Assembly: GCF_902713615.1 (NCBI RefSeq)
Contig: NC_052173.1
Coordinates: forward strand, 19,383,053 to 19,447,052
Length of the DNA stretch: 64,000 nt
Direction: 5' to 3'
From: Scyliorhinus canicula
Taxonomy: Eukaryota
Below, piece after piece: positions 48,112-59,830 of this stretch (its first letter is position 1; each line of letters opens with the position of its first letter). The notes beneath the pieces are model-generated. The model worked only from the letters and a program-made list of their open reading frames with translations. It ran no database searches and was not told the origin of the DNA. The position numbers were made by a program, and so were the translations under genes.

Positions 48112-51100
48112 AAGATGCCTTTTGAACGCCGTTAATGTATCTGCTTCCACAACCTCCCCTCTGGCAACGCATTTCAGGCACTCCCCACCCACTGCATAAA
48201 AAACCTGCCTCGCACATCTCCTCTAAGCTTTGCCCCACGGACCTTAAACCTATGCCCCCTGGTGAACGTACAGGTAAAAACTTCAGGAGCAAAATAATGT
48301 GAGCATGATGTTTATAGGCTCTTAAATCATCCTTCCCACAAAGGCAAGATTCTGTATCCAGCCTGATTATAGTTGACCTTCAAATTAATTATCAAGTTAT
48401 CATTGGGATTATACCTTAAAAGAGTCACACATTTACACTTCAGCAGTGGAACAATATCGTGGCAATCCTTTAATGCTGCACTTAAATATTATCCTATATT
48501 TTTGTGTTCCAAGTCTCGAGTGAACCTCTGATCTTCTGACTTGGGTGGGATGTGTTACTGAGTCAAGCTGTCACATAGTTTTGCCAAAGTTTAGGATTTC
48601 CACCCCAGCCCCACACTGTCCTCCCCACTGCTCGATCCCCACCTCTAGCCTTGTGGCCTGTTTTGTAGTCAGTGACTTCCCATTTTATTCGTCAAACTAC
48701 TTTACAAAAAAATGACATGCGATGCAATAAATAGTTTTGACTGTTTACGTTACCGTGAATCAGCAGCCTTCGTAACACTCGCGGAATATGTACTTTCCAC
48801 TTCAATGTAATTATCCACAGGATCAACAGTGTCATTAACCTCTGACTCAACTCACCAACCTCACTAAAACAAAAGGCTTGGTCGTGACTTGCAGCCTGGA
48901 AAACAATTAACCCCTCATCTCATCCAGTATTTCGCTAACAGCAATTCGATTTTGTGTCCTTAAAGGCTTCACCTTGGCTTTTCTTCAGTCTTAGGATGAG
49001 TGGTTAATGGAAAGGCCAGCATTTATTGCTCATGAGTGGGTGATGGTGAGGTACCTTCTTGTTACAGGCCATGGGTGAACCGTTAACTAAATATCTGCTG
49101 AACATAAAAAGGCTGATCTCTTTGGAGAGATTTACTTCTCAATAATTCAGCATGTTCCTTTTTCTGTCTGTTGGCTTTCTCACTGTGTCTGCAACGGTGT
49201 TCTGATCGCCTTCTCCCTCCAGCTCCTCTGCTTGTAGCTCTCCTTTGTAGCTGCCAGACACACGCCTTCTTTCTTAACTTCCTGCCTGTTGGCACTGTTT
49301 CCAGGTCAAGGGTCACCAGGACCCATGGACGGTTATTTCTTATTATCCAAGAAAATTGCAATTGATCCCTTTACAGCGAATGCAAACTTTTAACTGCATT
49401 TCAATTTTTATTAAAACAATTACAGATTTCAAAGACCTTTTAAAGAAATTACAAATTTTCCTTCCTGTACTGTTTCTGGGTCAAAGATTGGCAAGTCTTT
49501 GTTGCAGGTATCCCACAATGCTGCTTTTGGGCCAGGTTCAGAGATTTTGACTCCATTCTGTGTTACATAATAATTACATGGGCAAGAAGTGCAAGTTAGA
49601 CATTCTGTCACATCCAAATTTCTTGCAGCTGAAAGTCTCTAATTTACCCATTTATAAATCAGTTGCCAGGAGCTTGGATATCTGTGACATGACAGATGTC
49701 ATAATTATGAAGGAACAACATCAAATCATGTACGGAAATATTGAACTTTGAATAAAACTAGGTTTTTTAAAAATGGACATAGAAGCCAAAGATGACAGAT
49801 GATGTAAAGTCAGTCAATGGCTGAATTGCAGTGGGTTGGGGGGGGGGGGGGGAAAGAGAGGTGTGGTGCTAGAGGTGAAATTGCTATCTCCGGTGGAGAC
49901 AATGGCCACGATCTAACGGCTATTCATGCCAGCGAGATATTCCGGTCCCACACCACCACACTGGTTTCCCAGCGACGAGGAGTGCAGTCACCAGGAAATC
50001 CCATTGCCAACGGCAGGGGTTCGATAAATCCCACTGGCAGGTTGCCTCTGCCGTAGAAAAACACGTTGGTTGGTAAATCCTGCCCAATGTGGGATGAGTA
50101 TCGTCTCATTAAGAGATACGCATTTGTGGATTTCACCTTTCAGAAATATACCGACTGTTAAAAGCCAGCTGAAAAGTAAGTATGTGTGTCTGTGGGGAGT
50201 TGCTCTGTGTGTATATGTGGGGGGAGGGGGTGTGTGTGGGGGAGGGGGGGGGGATTTTTGTGTGTGAGAGAACCAGTGCCAGGGTGTTGGCTCTCTCACA
50301 CTCACTCTCTCCCTCCCATTGATCTACCCCTCATGAGTCAAGGACTGTTATGGATACCTCGGTTAACTTGGCTCCTTTTTAAACATAAATATGGGGACTG
50401 GGAAATGGTCTTTGTGAAGTGAGGGACCAGCAGAGGGGGTTCAATAAAGAAAGGGAACCGGTTCATCTCTCCTCACCCAGGTATAACAATTGGGGGGTAG
50501 CTCAGTGGACAGTAACAAATTTCAGGAATCTCACCCGGAGACGAGTCACAAGACGGGCTTTAAGAGTGAGTTTATATTTATAAATGATTCTAAAACTGCA
50601 GCCTCAGTAATGGTAACACTGGGAACATTGCTGATATTACGAAACAGCACATCTAACACTCAATTACTTCCGTCTGACAAGCCTCACACACATCTGCCTA
50701 CACACACCTTTCATATCCCCAAAACTGCAGCTAATTGTAACAGAACAGCAAGGAAATACACCACTCAGCAAATGGGGAGAGTAGGAATAGTAAAACTCAC
50801 CGATAGGTAATACAAAGATAAATCATTAGAAATAGGTACCAATAAAATTACGACAACACTAATTCTAGTTGCCGAATTTCTCAAGTCAGCTTAAAGTTGC
50901 AAAACTAAGCAGGCCGTTGGGCCAAAGGTGGTTGCGTTCTGCAGAACTGACTTGTTTACTGCTCTACAACGTGAGTCATGTGCTTAGATGTGGGGGCAAG
51001 GTGACTGAACAAGAGACAGTAAAGTCACGACATTAACTCACTTGTCAAATTGCATAATTACCTGTATGTTATAAATACAACCTTGCCAGGCAAGTTCCAA

Positions 51101-51196
51101 ACAAACACGAGGAAGCATTCCGTAAAACCAACAGACTGAAAAGAGACAAACGGGATACAAACTGAAGCCTGGGGAATTAGGGCCTTTATTTTTAAT

Positions 51197-51895
51197 AGAT
51201 TTAGATTTATTGGCATGTGTACCGAGGTACAGTGAAAAGTATTGTTCTGCGTACAGTCCAGACAGATCACTCCATACTTGAAAACATAGAACATAAAAGA
51301 AATATATGAGGATACATACTGAAAATACATAAACATAATTCTATGTTCTATGTTCTATAGACAACGGGTGAAGTAGAGGGTATGTAGTGCTACAACTGGA
51401 GAGAACATGCATTGAAAGGTCAGTTCAGTCTATAAGATCAGTTCAGACCCGAAGAGGGTCATTTAGGAGTCTGGTGACAGTGGGGAAGAAGCTGTTTTTG
51501 AATCTGTTTGTGCGTGTTCTCAGACTTTTGTATCTTCTGCCCGATGGAAGAAGTTGGAAGAGTGAGTAAGCCGGATGGGATGCCCTATGGAAGAAGTTGG
51601 AAGAGTGAATAACCGGGGTGGGAGGGGTATTTGATTGTGCTGACCGCTTTCCCTAGGCAGCGGGAGGTGTAGACAGAGTTGATGGATGGGAGGCAGGTTT
51701 GTGTGATGGACTGGGCTGTGTTTACGACTCTCTGAAGTTTCTTACGGTCTTGGGCAGAGCAGTTGTCATACCAGGCTGTGATGCAGCCAGATACATCTAT
51801 AGATTTTACATCTATAGAAATTGGTAAGAGTCAATGTGGACATGCCAAATTTCCTTAGTTCCCTGAGGAAGTATAGGCACTGTTGTGCTTTCTAG
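51197..51895 (-). mobile_element. Rex1/Babar-clade LINE 3' fragment
   Basis: Minus strand encodes '..KKLQRVVNTAQSITQ..SVYTSRCLGKA..PSGRRYKSLRTRTNRFKNSFFP'. Related pieces at 52500-52745 (+) and 62001-62474 (-). Confidence 0.75.
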
Positions 51896-52124
51896 ATAGC
51901 AACAGCTTGTCTTGGTGACAATGATAAAAGGGCATTTATTATGTTAAAATAGGCCACTCAATATGCTTTCCTTATGAAATAGCACATCGTCCAATTTACA
52001 ACACCACAGGACATCTGATAACTGTATCTGCGAAAGTTAGAACCTTATTTTGCTGATGGTGTTGGTCCCATCACACTTTGATGTATGCTGTGTGTCACAC
52101 TTGAGCTTTTCATGTTTGTTCATG

Positions 52125-52495
52125 TCACTCTCACCTCAGTGAGAACCTTGTGGGTTCAAAATCAAGGACTGACACTCTAGTGCAGTAGTGGGCACTGCAT
52201 TGTTGGAGGTGCTGTCTTTCGGGTGGGACTTTCCAATGACAGCCTCTCGAATTGATGTAATCGGGTCCGGTGGTATCCTGAGGTATCCAGTATCATTCGT
52301 ACAATACTCGGAAAGACTTGGCAGCTGCTCATTATCATGTTGCTTTGTGTGGAATCTTGCTGTGCACCCATTGGCCTCCGCATTTCTTACACTTACAACA
52401 ATGATGACACCTCGAAGACCCTCACTAGCTGGAAGGCACTTTGGGATGTCCTGTGGCTGTGTTGGGCACTCCAGAAATGCAAACCTTTCTTTTCA
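52125..52495 (+). mobile_element. Deu-domain SINE (SacSINE1/AmnSINE-like), degenerate
   Basis: 'cattatcatgttgctttgtgtggaatcttgctgtgcacccattggc...ttacaac' Deu-like core and L2-like tail 'gcactttgggatgtcctg...aaatgcaa'. Fragment also at ~60290-60380. Confidence 0.6.
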
Positions 52496-52749
52496 TACAT
52501 AACAATCGGCTTACTCACTCTTCCAACTTCTTCCATTGGGCAGGAGATATGAAAGTCTGAGAACACGCACGGACAGACTCAAAAACAGCTTCTTCCCCAC
52601 TGTCACCAGACTCCTAAACGACCCTCTTATGGACTGACCTCATTAACACTACACCCTGTATGCTTCATCCGATGCCAATGCTTATGTAGAATTGTGTACC
52701 TTGTGTTGCCCTATTATGTATTTTCTTATTAAGTATTATGTATTTTTTA

Positions 52750-55322
52750 AGGAAGCCGATATTCAGGACGCCAAAGCACGTAGTGATGCAGTGGGGAAGG
52801 TAACACTGACAAAGGAGAGTACTTGCAGGCAAGGAGATGGGTTGAAGTGTGTATACTTCAATGCAAGAAGCATCAGGAATAAGGTGGGTGAACATAAGGC
52901 ATGGATCAGTACTTGGGACTACGATGTGGTGGCCATCACGGAAACTTGGATAGAAGAGGGGCAGAAATGGTTGTTGGAGGTCCCTGGTTATAGATGTTTC
53001 AACAAGATTAGGGAGGATGGTAAAAGAGGTGGGGAGGGGTGGCATTGTTAATTAGAGATAGTATAACAGCTGCAGAAAGGCAGTTCGAGGGGGATCTGCC
53101 TACTGAGGTAATATGGGTTGAAGTCAGAAATAGGAAAGGAGCAGTCACCTTGTTGGGAGTTTTCTATAGGCCCCCCAATAGCAGCAGAGATGTGGAGGAA
53201 CAGATTGGGAAACAGATTTTGGAAAGGTGCAGAAGTCACAGGGAAGTAGTCATGGGCGACTTCAACTTCCCAAACATTGAGTGGAAACTCTTTCGATCAA
53301 ATAGTTTGGATGGGGTAGTGTTTGTGCAGTGTGTCCAGGAAGCTTTTCTAACACAGTATGTAGATTGTCCGACCAGAGGGGAGGCCATATTGGATTTAGT
53401 ACTTGGTAATGAACCAGGGCAGGTGATAGATTTGTTAGTGGGGGAGCATTTTGGAGGTAGTGACCACAATTCTGTGAAGTGCATAAATTGGGAACATAGG
53501 CTGTCAGGGAAAGACACAAGTGAAATGTGGAACTTGTTCAAGGAACAGGTACTGCGTGTTTTTGATATGTATGTCCCTGTCAGGCAGGGAAGAGATGGTC
53601 GAGTGAGGGAACCATGGTTGACAAGAGAGGTTGAATGTCTTGTTAAGAGAAAGAAGGAGACTTATGTAAGGCTGAGGAAACAAGGTTCAGACAGGGCGCT
53701 GGAGGGGTACAAGATAGCCAGGAGGGAACTGAAGAAAGGGATTAGGAGAGCTAAGAGAGGGCATGAAAAATCTTTGACGGGTAGGATCAAGGAAAACCCC
53801 AAGGCCTTTTACTCATATGTGAGAAATATGAGAATGACTAGAGCGAGGGTAGGTCCGATCAAGGACAGTAGCGGGAGATTGTGTATTGAGTCTGAAGAGA
53901 TAGGAGAGGTCTTGAACAAGTATCTTTCTTCAGTATTTACAAACGAGAAGGGCCATATTGTTGGAGAGGACAGTGTGAAACAGACTGATAAGCTCGAGGA
54001 GATACTTGTCAGGAAGGAAGATGTGTTGCGCGTTTTGAAAAACTTGAGGATAGACAAGTCCCCCGGGCCTGACGGGATATATCCAAGGATTCTATGGGAA
54101 GCAAGAAATGAAATTGCAGAGCCGTTGGCAATGATCTTTTCGTCCTCGCTGTCAACAGGGGTGGTACCAGAGGATTGGAGAGTGGCGAATGTCGTGCCCC
54201 TGTTCAAAAAAGGGAATCGGGATAACCCTGAGAATTACAGGCCAGTTAGTCTTACTTTGGCGGTAGGCAAAGTAATGGAAAGGGTACTGAGGGATAGGAT
54301 TTCTGAGCATCTGGAAAGGCACTGCTTGATTAGGGATAGTCAGCACGGATTTGTGAGGGGTAGGTCTTGCCTTACAAGTCTTATTGACTTATTTGAGGAG
54401 GTGACCAAGCATGTGGATGAAGGTAAAGCAGTGGATGTAGTGTACATGGATTTTAGTAAGGCATTTGATAAGGTTCCCCATGGTAGGCTTATGCAGAAAG
54501 TAAGGAGGCATGGGATAGTGGGAAATTTGGCCAGTTGGATAACAAACTGGCTAACCGATAGAAGTCAGAGAGTGGTGGTGGATGGCAAATATTCAGCCTG
54601 GAGCCCAGTTACCTGTGGCGTACCGCAGGGATCAGTTCTGGGTCCTCTGCTGTTTGTGATTTTCATTAATGACTTGGATGAGGGAGTTGAAGGGTGGGTC
54701 AGTAAATTTGCAGATGATACGAAGATTGGTGGAGTTGTGGATAGTGAGGAGGGCTGTTGTCGGCTTCAAAGAGACATAGATAAGATGCAGAGCTGGGCTG
54801 AGAAGTGGCAGATGGAGTTTAACCCTGACAAGTGTGAGGTTGTCCATTTTGGAAGGACAAATATGAATGCGGAATACAGGGTTAACGGTAGGGTTCTTGG
54901 CAATGTAGAGGAGCAGAGAGATCTTGGGGTCTATGTTCATAGATCTTTGAAAGTTGACACTCAAGTGGATAGAGCTGTGAAGAAGGCCTATGGTGTGTTG
55001 CGTTCATTAGCAGAGGGATTGAATTTAAGAGCCGTGAGGTGATGATGCAGCTGTACAAAACCTTGGTCAGGCCACATTTGGAGTACTGTGTGCAGTTCTG
55101 GTCACCTCATTTTAGGAAGGATGTGGAAGCTTTGGAAAAGGTGCAAAGGAGATTTACCAGGATGTTGCCTGGAATGGAGAGTAGGTCTTACGAGGAAAGG
55201 TTGAGGGTGCTAGGCCTTTTCTCATTAGAACGGAGAAGGATGAGGGGCGACTTGATAGAGGTTTATAAGATGATCAGGTGAATAGATAGAGTAGACAGTC
55301 AGAGACTTTTTCCCCTTGTGGA
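52750..55322 (+). mobile_element. CR1 LINE, ORF2 only (EN-RT), with frameshifts, an internal deletion and no 3' tail
   Basis: 'KCVYFNARSIRNK', 'MGDFNFP', 'SDHN', 'QHGFVRGRSC', 'GVPQGSVLGP', 'KFADD'. Confidence 0.92.
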
Positions 55323-55566
55323 GGGGCTGTTGTCAAGTGACAGTTAAACCCGAAACACTTCGTCAGTATTTCCCACCCTACCTCCTCCTCTAACCAAAAA
55401 AAAACCCACGGTTGTTGGGAAGCGGGAGCAGGGGCCTGTCGTGAATGTGAGTGAGTGCCTTTAAATTTGCTTACCTTTCAGCGGGAGCAGGGTTTGAGGG
55501 AATGTAAGGTAAGCTCTTCCTTTCTTTTTCTTTTATTTTTCTTGTTTTTTTTTAAATCTAGAGGTG

Positions 55567-56494
55567 ATGTCAGGGAAGGCAGTACAATGCTCCTCCTGCA
55601 GAATGTTTGAGGTGAGGGATGCCGTCAGTGTCCCTGCTGATTTCATCTGTGGGAAGTGCACCCAACTCCAGCTCCTCAAAAACCGTGTTAGGGACCTGGA
55701 GCTTGAGCTGGATGAACTTCGGATCATTCGGGAGGCAGAGGGGGTCATAGATAGGAGCTTCAGGGAAGTAGTTACACCAAAGACTGGAGATAGATGGGTA
55801 ACTGTAAGAGGGACTGGGAAGAAGCAGTCAGTGCAGGGACCCCCTGCGGTCGTTCCCCTGAGTAACAAGTATACCGTTTTGGATACTTGTGGGGGGAGGG
55901 GACTTACCAGGGGTAAGCCATGGGGTACGGGCCTCTGGCACGGAGTCTGTCCCTGTTGCTCAGAAGGGAAGGGGGGAAAGGAGTAGAACATTAGTAATTG
56001 GGGACTCAATAGTCAGGGGCACAGATAGGAGATTTTGTGGGAGCGAGAGAGACTCACGTTTGGTATGTTGCCTCCCAGGTGCAAGGGTACGTGATGTCTC
56101 GGATCGTGTTTTCCGGGTCCTTAAGGGGGAGGGGGAGCAGCCTCAAGTCGTAGTCCACATTGGCACTAACGACATAGGTAGGAAAGGGGACAAGGATGTC
56201 AGGCAGGCCTTTAGGGAGCTAGGATGGAAGCTCAGAGCGAGAATAAACAGAGTTGTTATCTCTGGGTTGTTGCCCGTGCCATGTGATAGTGAGACGAGGA
56301 ATAGGGAGAGAGAGCAATTAAACACGTGGCTACAGGGATGGTGCAGGCGGGAGGGATTCAGATTTCTGGATAACTGGGGCTCTTTCTGAGGAAGGTGGGA
56401 CCTCTATAGACAGGATGGTCTACATCTGAACCTGAGGGGCACCAATATCCTGGGGGGGAGATTTGTTAGTGCTCTTTGGGGGGGTTTAAACTAA
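55567..56494 (+). pseudogene. CR1 ORF1 (Cys-rich zinc finger, coiled coil, SGNH/GDSL esterase), with one frameshift (~55890-55900) and one nonsense codon (56387-56389)
   Basis: CxxC...CxxC, 'VIGDSIVRG', 'CLPGA', 'HIGTND'; 'DGLHLN' lies downstream of the TGA; terminal TAA at 56492-56494. Confidence 0.88.
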
Positions 56495-59379
56495 TTCAGC
56501 AGGGGCATGGGAACCTGGATTGTAGTTTTGGGGTACGGGAGATTGAGAGTATAGAGGTCAGGAGCACAGATTTGACTTCGCAGGAGGGTGCCAGTGTTCA
56601 GGTTGGTGGTTTGAAGTGTGTCTACTTCAATGCCAGGAGTATACGAAATAAGGTAGGGGAACTGGCAGCATGGGTTGGTACCTGGGACTTCGATGTTGTG
56701 GCCATTTCAGAGACATGGCTAGAGCAGGGACAGGAATGGTTGTTGCAGGTTCCGGGGTTTAGGTGTTTTAGTAAGCTCAGAGAAGGGGGCAAAAGAGGGG
56801 GAGGTGTGGCGCTGCTAGTCAAGGACAGTATTACGGTGGCGGAAAGGATGCTAGATGGGGACTCTTCTTCCGAGGTAGTATGGGCTGAGGTTAGAAACAG
56901 GAAAGGAGAGGTCACCCTGTTGGGAGTTTTCTATAGGCCACCTAATAGTTCTAGAGATGTAGAGGAAAGGATGGCGAAGATGATTCTGGAAAAGAGCGAA
57001 AGTAACAGGGTAGTTGTTATGGGAGACTTTAACTTTCCAAATATTGACTGGAAAAGATATAGTTCGAGTACATTAGATGGGTCGTTCTTTGTACAATGTG
57101 TGCAGGAGGGTTTCCTGACACAATATGTTGACAGGCCAACAAGAGGCGAGGCCACATTGGATTTGGTTTTGGGTAATGAACCAGGCCAGGTGTTAGATCT
57201 GGAGGTAGGTGAGCACTTTGGAAACAGTGACCACAATTCGGTGACCTTTACGTTAGTGATGGAAAGGGATAAGTATACCCCGCAGGGCAAGAGTTATAGC
57301 TGGGGGAAGGGCAATTATGATGCCATTAGACATGACTTAGGATGTGTTGGTTGGAGAAGTAGGCTGCAAGGGTTGGGCACACTGGATATGTGGAGCTTGT
57401 TCAAGGAACAGCTATTGCATGTTCTTGATAAGTACGTACCAGTCAGGCAGGGAGGAAGGGGTAGAGCGAGGGAACCGTGGTTTACCAAAGAAGTGGAATC
57501 TCTTGTTAAGAGGAAGAAGGAGGCCTATGTGAAGATGAGGCGTGAAGTTTCAGTTGGGGCACTTGATAGTTACAAGGAAGTGAGGAAGGATCTAAAGAGA
57601 GAGCTAAGACGAGCAAGGAGGGGACATGAAAAGTCTTTGGCAGGTAGGATCAAGGAAAACCCAAAAGCTTTCTATAGGTATGTCAGGAATAAAAGAATGA
57701 CTAGGGTAAGAGTAGGGCCAGTCAAGGACAGTGGTGGGAAGTTGTGTGTGGAGGCTGAGGAGATAAGCGAGATACTAAATGAATACTTTTCGTCAGTATT
57801 CACTCAGGAAAAAGATAATATTGTGGAGGAGAATGCTGAGACCCAGGCTATTAGAATAGATGGCATTGAGGTGCGTAGGGAAGAGGTGTTGGCAATTCTG
57901 GACAAGGTGAAAATAGATAAGTCCCCGGGGCCTGATGGGATTTATCCTAGGATTCTCTGGGAAGCCAGGGAAGAGATTGCTGAGCCTTTGGCTTTGATTT
58001 TTATGTCATCATTGGCTACAGGAATAGTGCCAGAGGACTGGAGGGTAGCAAATGTGGTCCCTTTGTTCAAGAAGGGGAGTAGAGATAACCCCGGTAACTA
58101 TAGGCCGGTGAGCCTCACGTCTGTTGTGGGTAAAGTCTTGGAGAGGATTATAAGAGATACGATTTATAATCATCTAGATAGGAATAATATAATTAGGGAT
58201 AGTCAGCATGGTTTTGTGAAGGGTAGGTCATGCCTCACAAACCTTATTGAGTTCTTTGAGAAGGTGACTGAACAGGTAGACGAGGGTAGAGCAGTTGATG
58301 TGGTGTATATGGATTTCAGTAAAGCGTTTGATAAGGTTCCCCACGGTCGGCTATTGCAGAAAATATGGAGGCTGGGGATTGAGGGTGATTTAGAGATGTG
58401 GATCAGAAATTGGCTAGTTGAAAGAAGACAGAGGGTGGTGGTTGATGGCAAATGTTCAGAATGGAGTTCAGTTACGAGTGGCATACCACAAGGATCTGTT
58501 CTGGGGCCGTTGCTTTTTGTCATTTTTATAAATGACCTAGAGGAGGGCGCAGAAGGTTGGGTGAGTAAATTTGCAGACGACACTGAAGTCGGTGGAGTTG
58601 TAGACAGTGCGGAAGGATGTTGCAGGTTACAGAGGGACATAGATAAGCTGCAGAGCTGGGCTGAGAGGTGGCAAATGGAGTTTAATGTAGAGAAGTGTGA
58701 GGTGATTCACTTTGGAAAGAATAACAGGAATGCGGAATATTTGGCTAATGGTAAAATTCTTGGCAGTGTGGATGAGCAGAGGGATCTCGGTGTCCATGTA
58801 CATAGATCCCTGAAAGTTGCCACCCAGGTTGATAGGGTTGTGAAGAAGGCCTATGGTGTGTTGGCCTTTATTGGTAGAGGGATTGAGTTCCGGAGCCATG
58901 AGGTCATGTTGCAGTTGTACAAAACTCTGGTACGGCCGCATTTGGAGTATTGCGTACAGTTCTGGTCGCCTCATTATAGGAAGGACGTGGAAGCTTTGGA
59001 ACGGGTGCAGAGGAGATTTACCAGGATATTGCCTGGTATGGAGGGAAAATCTTATGAGGAAAGGCTGATGGACTTGAGGTTGTTTTCGTTAGACAGAAGA
59101 AGGTTAAGAGGTGACTTAATAGAGGCATACAAAATGATCAGAGGGTTAGATAGGGTGGACAGCGAGAGCCTTCTCCCGCGGATGGAGGTGGCTAGCACGA
59201 GGGGACATAGCCTTAAATTGAGGGGTAATAGATATAGGACAGACATCAGAGGTGGGTTTTTTACGCAGAGAGTGGTGAGGCCGTGGAATGCCCTACCTGC
59301 AACAGTAGTGAGCTCGCCAACATTGAGGGCATTTAAAAGTTTATTGGATAAGCATATGGATGATAAGGGCATAGTGTAG
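56485..59379 (+). CDS. CR1 ORF2, APE endonuclease plus reverse transcriptase, uninterrupted; no AUG before the EN domain
   Basis: 967-codon open frame with NARS, ETW, GDFN, SDHN, QHGF, PQGS and FADD motifs. Confidence 0.93.
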   Translation, partial: FKLIQQGHGNLDCSFGVREIESIEVRSTDLTSQEGASVQVGGLKCVYFNARSIRNKVGELAAWVGTWDFDVVAISETWLEQGQEWLLQVPGFRCFSKLREGGKRGGGVALLVKDSITVAERMLDGDSSSEVVWAEVRNRKGEVTLLGVFYRPPNSSRDVEERMAKMILEKSESNRVVVMGDFNFPNIDWKRYSSSTLDGSFFVQCVQEGFLTQYVDRPTRGEATLDLVLGNEPGQVLDLEVGEHFGNSDHNSVTFTLVMERDKYTPQGKSYSWGKGNYDAIRHDLGCVGWRSRLQGLGTLDMWSLFKEQLLHVLDKYVPVRQGGRGRAREPWFTKEVESLVKRKKEAYVKMRREVSVGALDSYKEVRKDLKRELRRARRGHEKSLAGRIKENPKAFYRYVRNKRMTRVRVGPVKDSGGKLCVEAEEISEILNEYFSSVFTQEKDNIVEENAETQAIRIDGIEVRREEVLAILDKVKIDKSPGPDGIYPRILWEAREEIAEPLALIFMSSLATGIVPEDWRVANVVPLFKKGSRDNPGNYRPVSLTSVVGKVLERIIRDTIYNHLDRNNIIRDSQHGFVKGRSCLTNLIEFFEKVTEQVDEGRAVDVVYMDFSKAFDKVPHGRLLQKIWRLGIEGDLEMWIRNWLVERRQRVVVDGKCSEWSSVTSGIPQGSVLGPLLFVIFINDLEEGAEGWVSKFADDTEVGGVVDSAEGCCRLQRDIDKLQSWAERWQMEFNVEKCEVIHFGKNNRNAEYLANGKILGSVDEQRDLGVHVHRSLKVATQVDRVVKKAYGVLAFIGRGIEFRSHEVMLQLYKTLVRPHLEYCVQFWSPHYRKDVEALERVQRRFTRILPGMEGKSYEERLMDLRLFSLDRRRLRGDLIEAYKMIRGLDRVDSESLLPRMEVASTRGHSLKLRGNRYRTDIRGGFFTQRVVRPWNALPATVVSSPTLRAFKSLLDKHMDDKGIV

Positions 59380-59630
59380 GTTAGATGGCCTTTAGTTTTT
59401 TTTCCATGTCGGTGCAACATCGAGGGCCGAATGGCCTGTACTGCGCTGTATCGTTCTATGTTCTATGTTCTATGTGCAGGGTAGGTGGATTGGCCATGCT
59501 AAATTGCCCCTTAATTGGAAAAAATTAATTGGGTACTCTAAATTTATATAAAAAAAACAAAAGTTGCCAATAAAAACAAATGTATCCCTTCAAAATCGCT
59601 TTTCTGCGCCACCTTAAGCTCTTGCAAGCA

Positions 59631-59830
59631 GGGCGACACGGTGGCACAGTGGTTAGCACTGCTACCTGATGGCACCGAGGACCCGGGATCAATTCCGGCC
59701 CTGGGTCACTGCCCGTGTGGAGTTTGCACATTCTCCCCGTGTCTGTGTGGGTCTCACTCCCACAACCCAAAGATGTGCAGGGTAGGTGGATTGGCCATGC
59801 TAAATTGCCCCTTAATTGGAAACATGTAAA
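59631..59830 (+). mobile_element. V-domain SINE, short-tail type; partial copies at 59473-59560 and 60390-60530
   Basis: Head, B box and V core. Confidence 0.85.

Larger units (their letters stand above)
55323..59475 (+). mobile_element. Near full-length young CR1 LINE (HER1-like) ending in (TTCTATG)n
   Basis: 5' UTR, ORF1, intact ORF2, 3' tail with tandem ttctatg. Confidence 0.95.

Noticed and set aside
36225-48125. Two SINE TSDs both begin AAGATGCCT on the element strand, suggesting sequence-specific targeting
   Set aside because: Other copies (1405, 35325, 37628, 39444) have unrelated TSDs, so this is probably coincidence.
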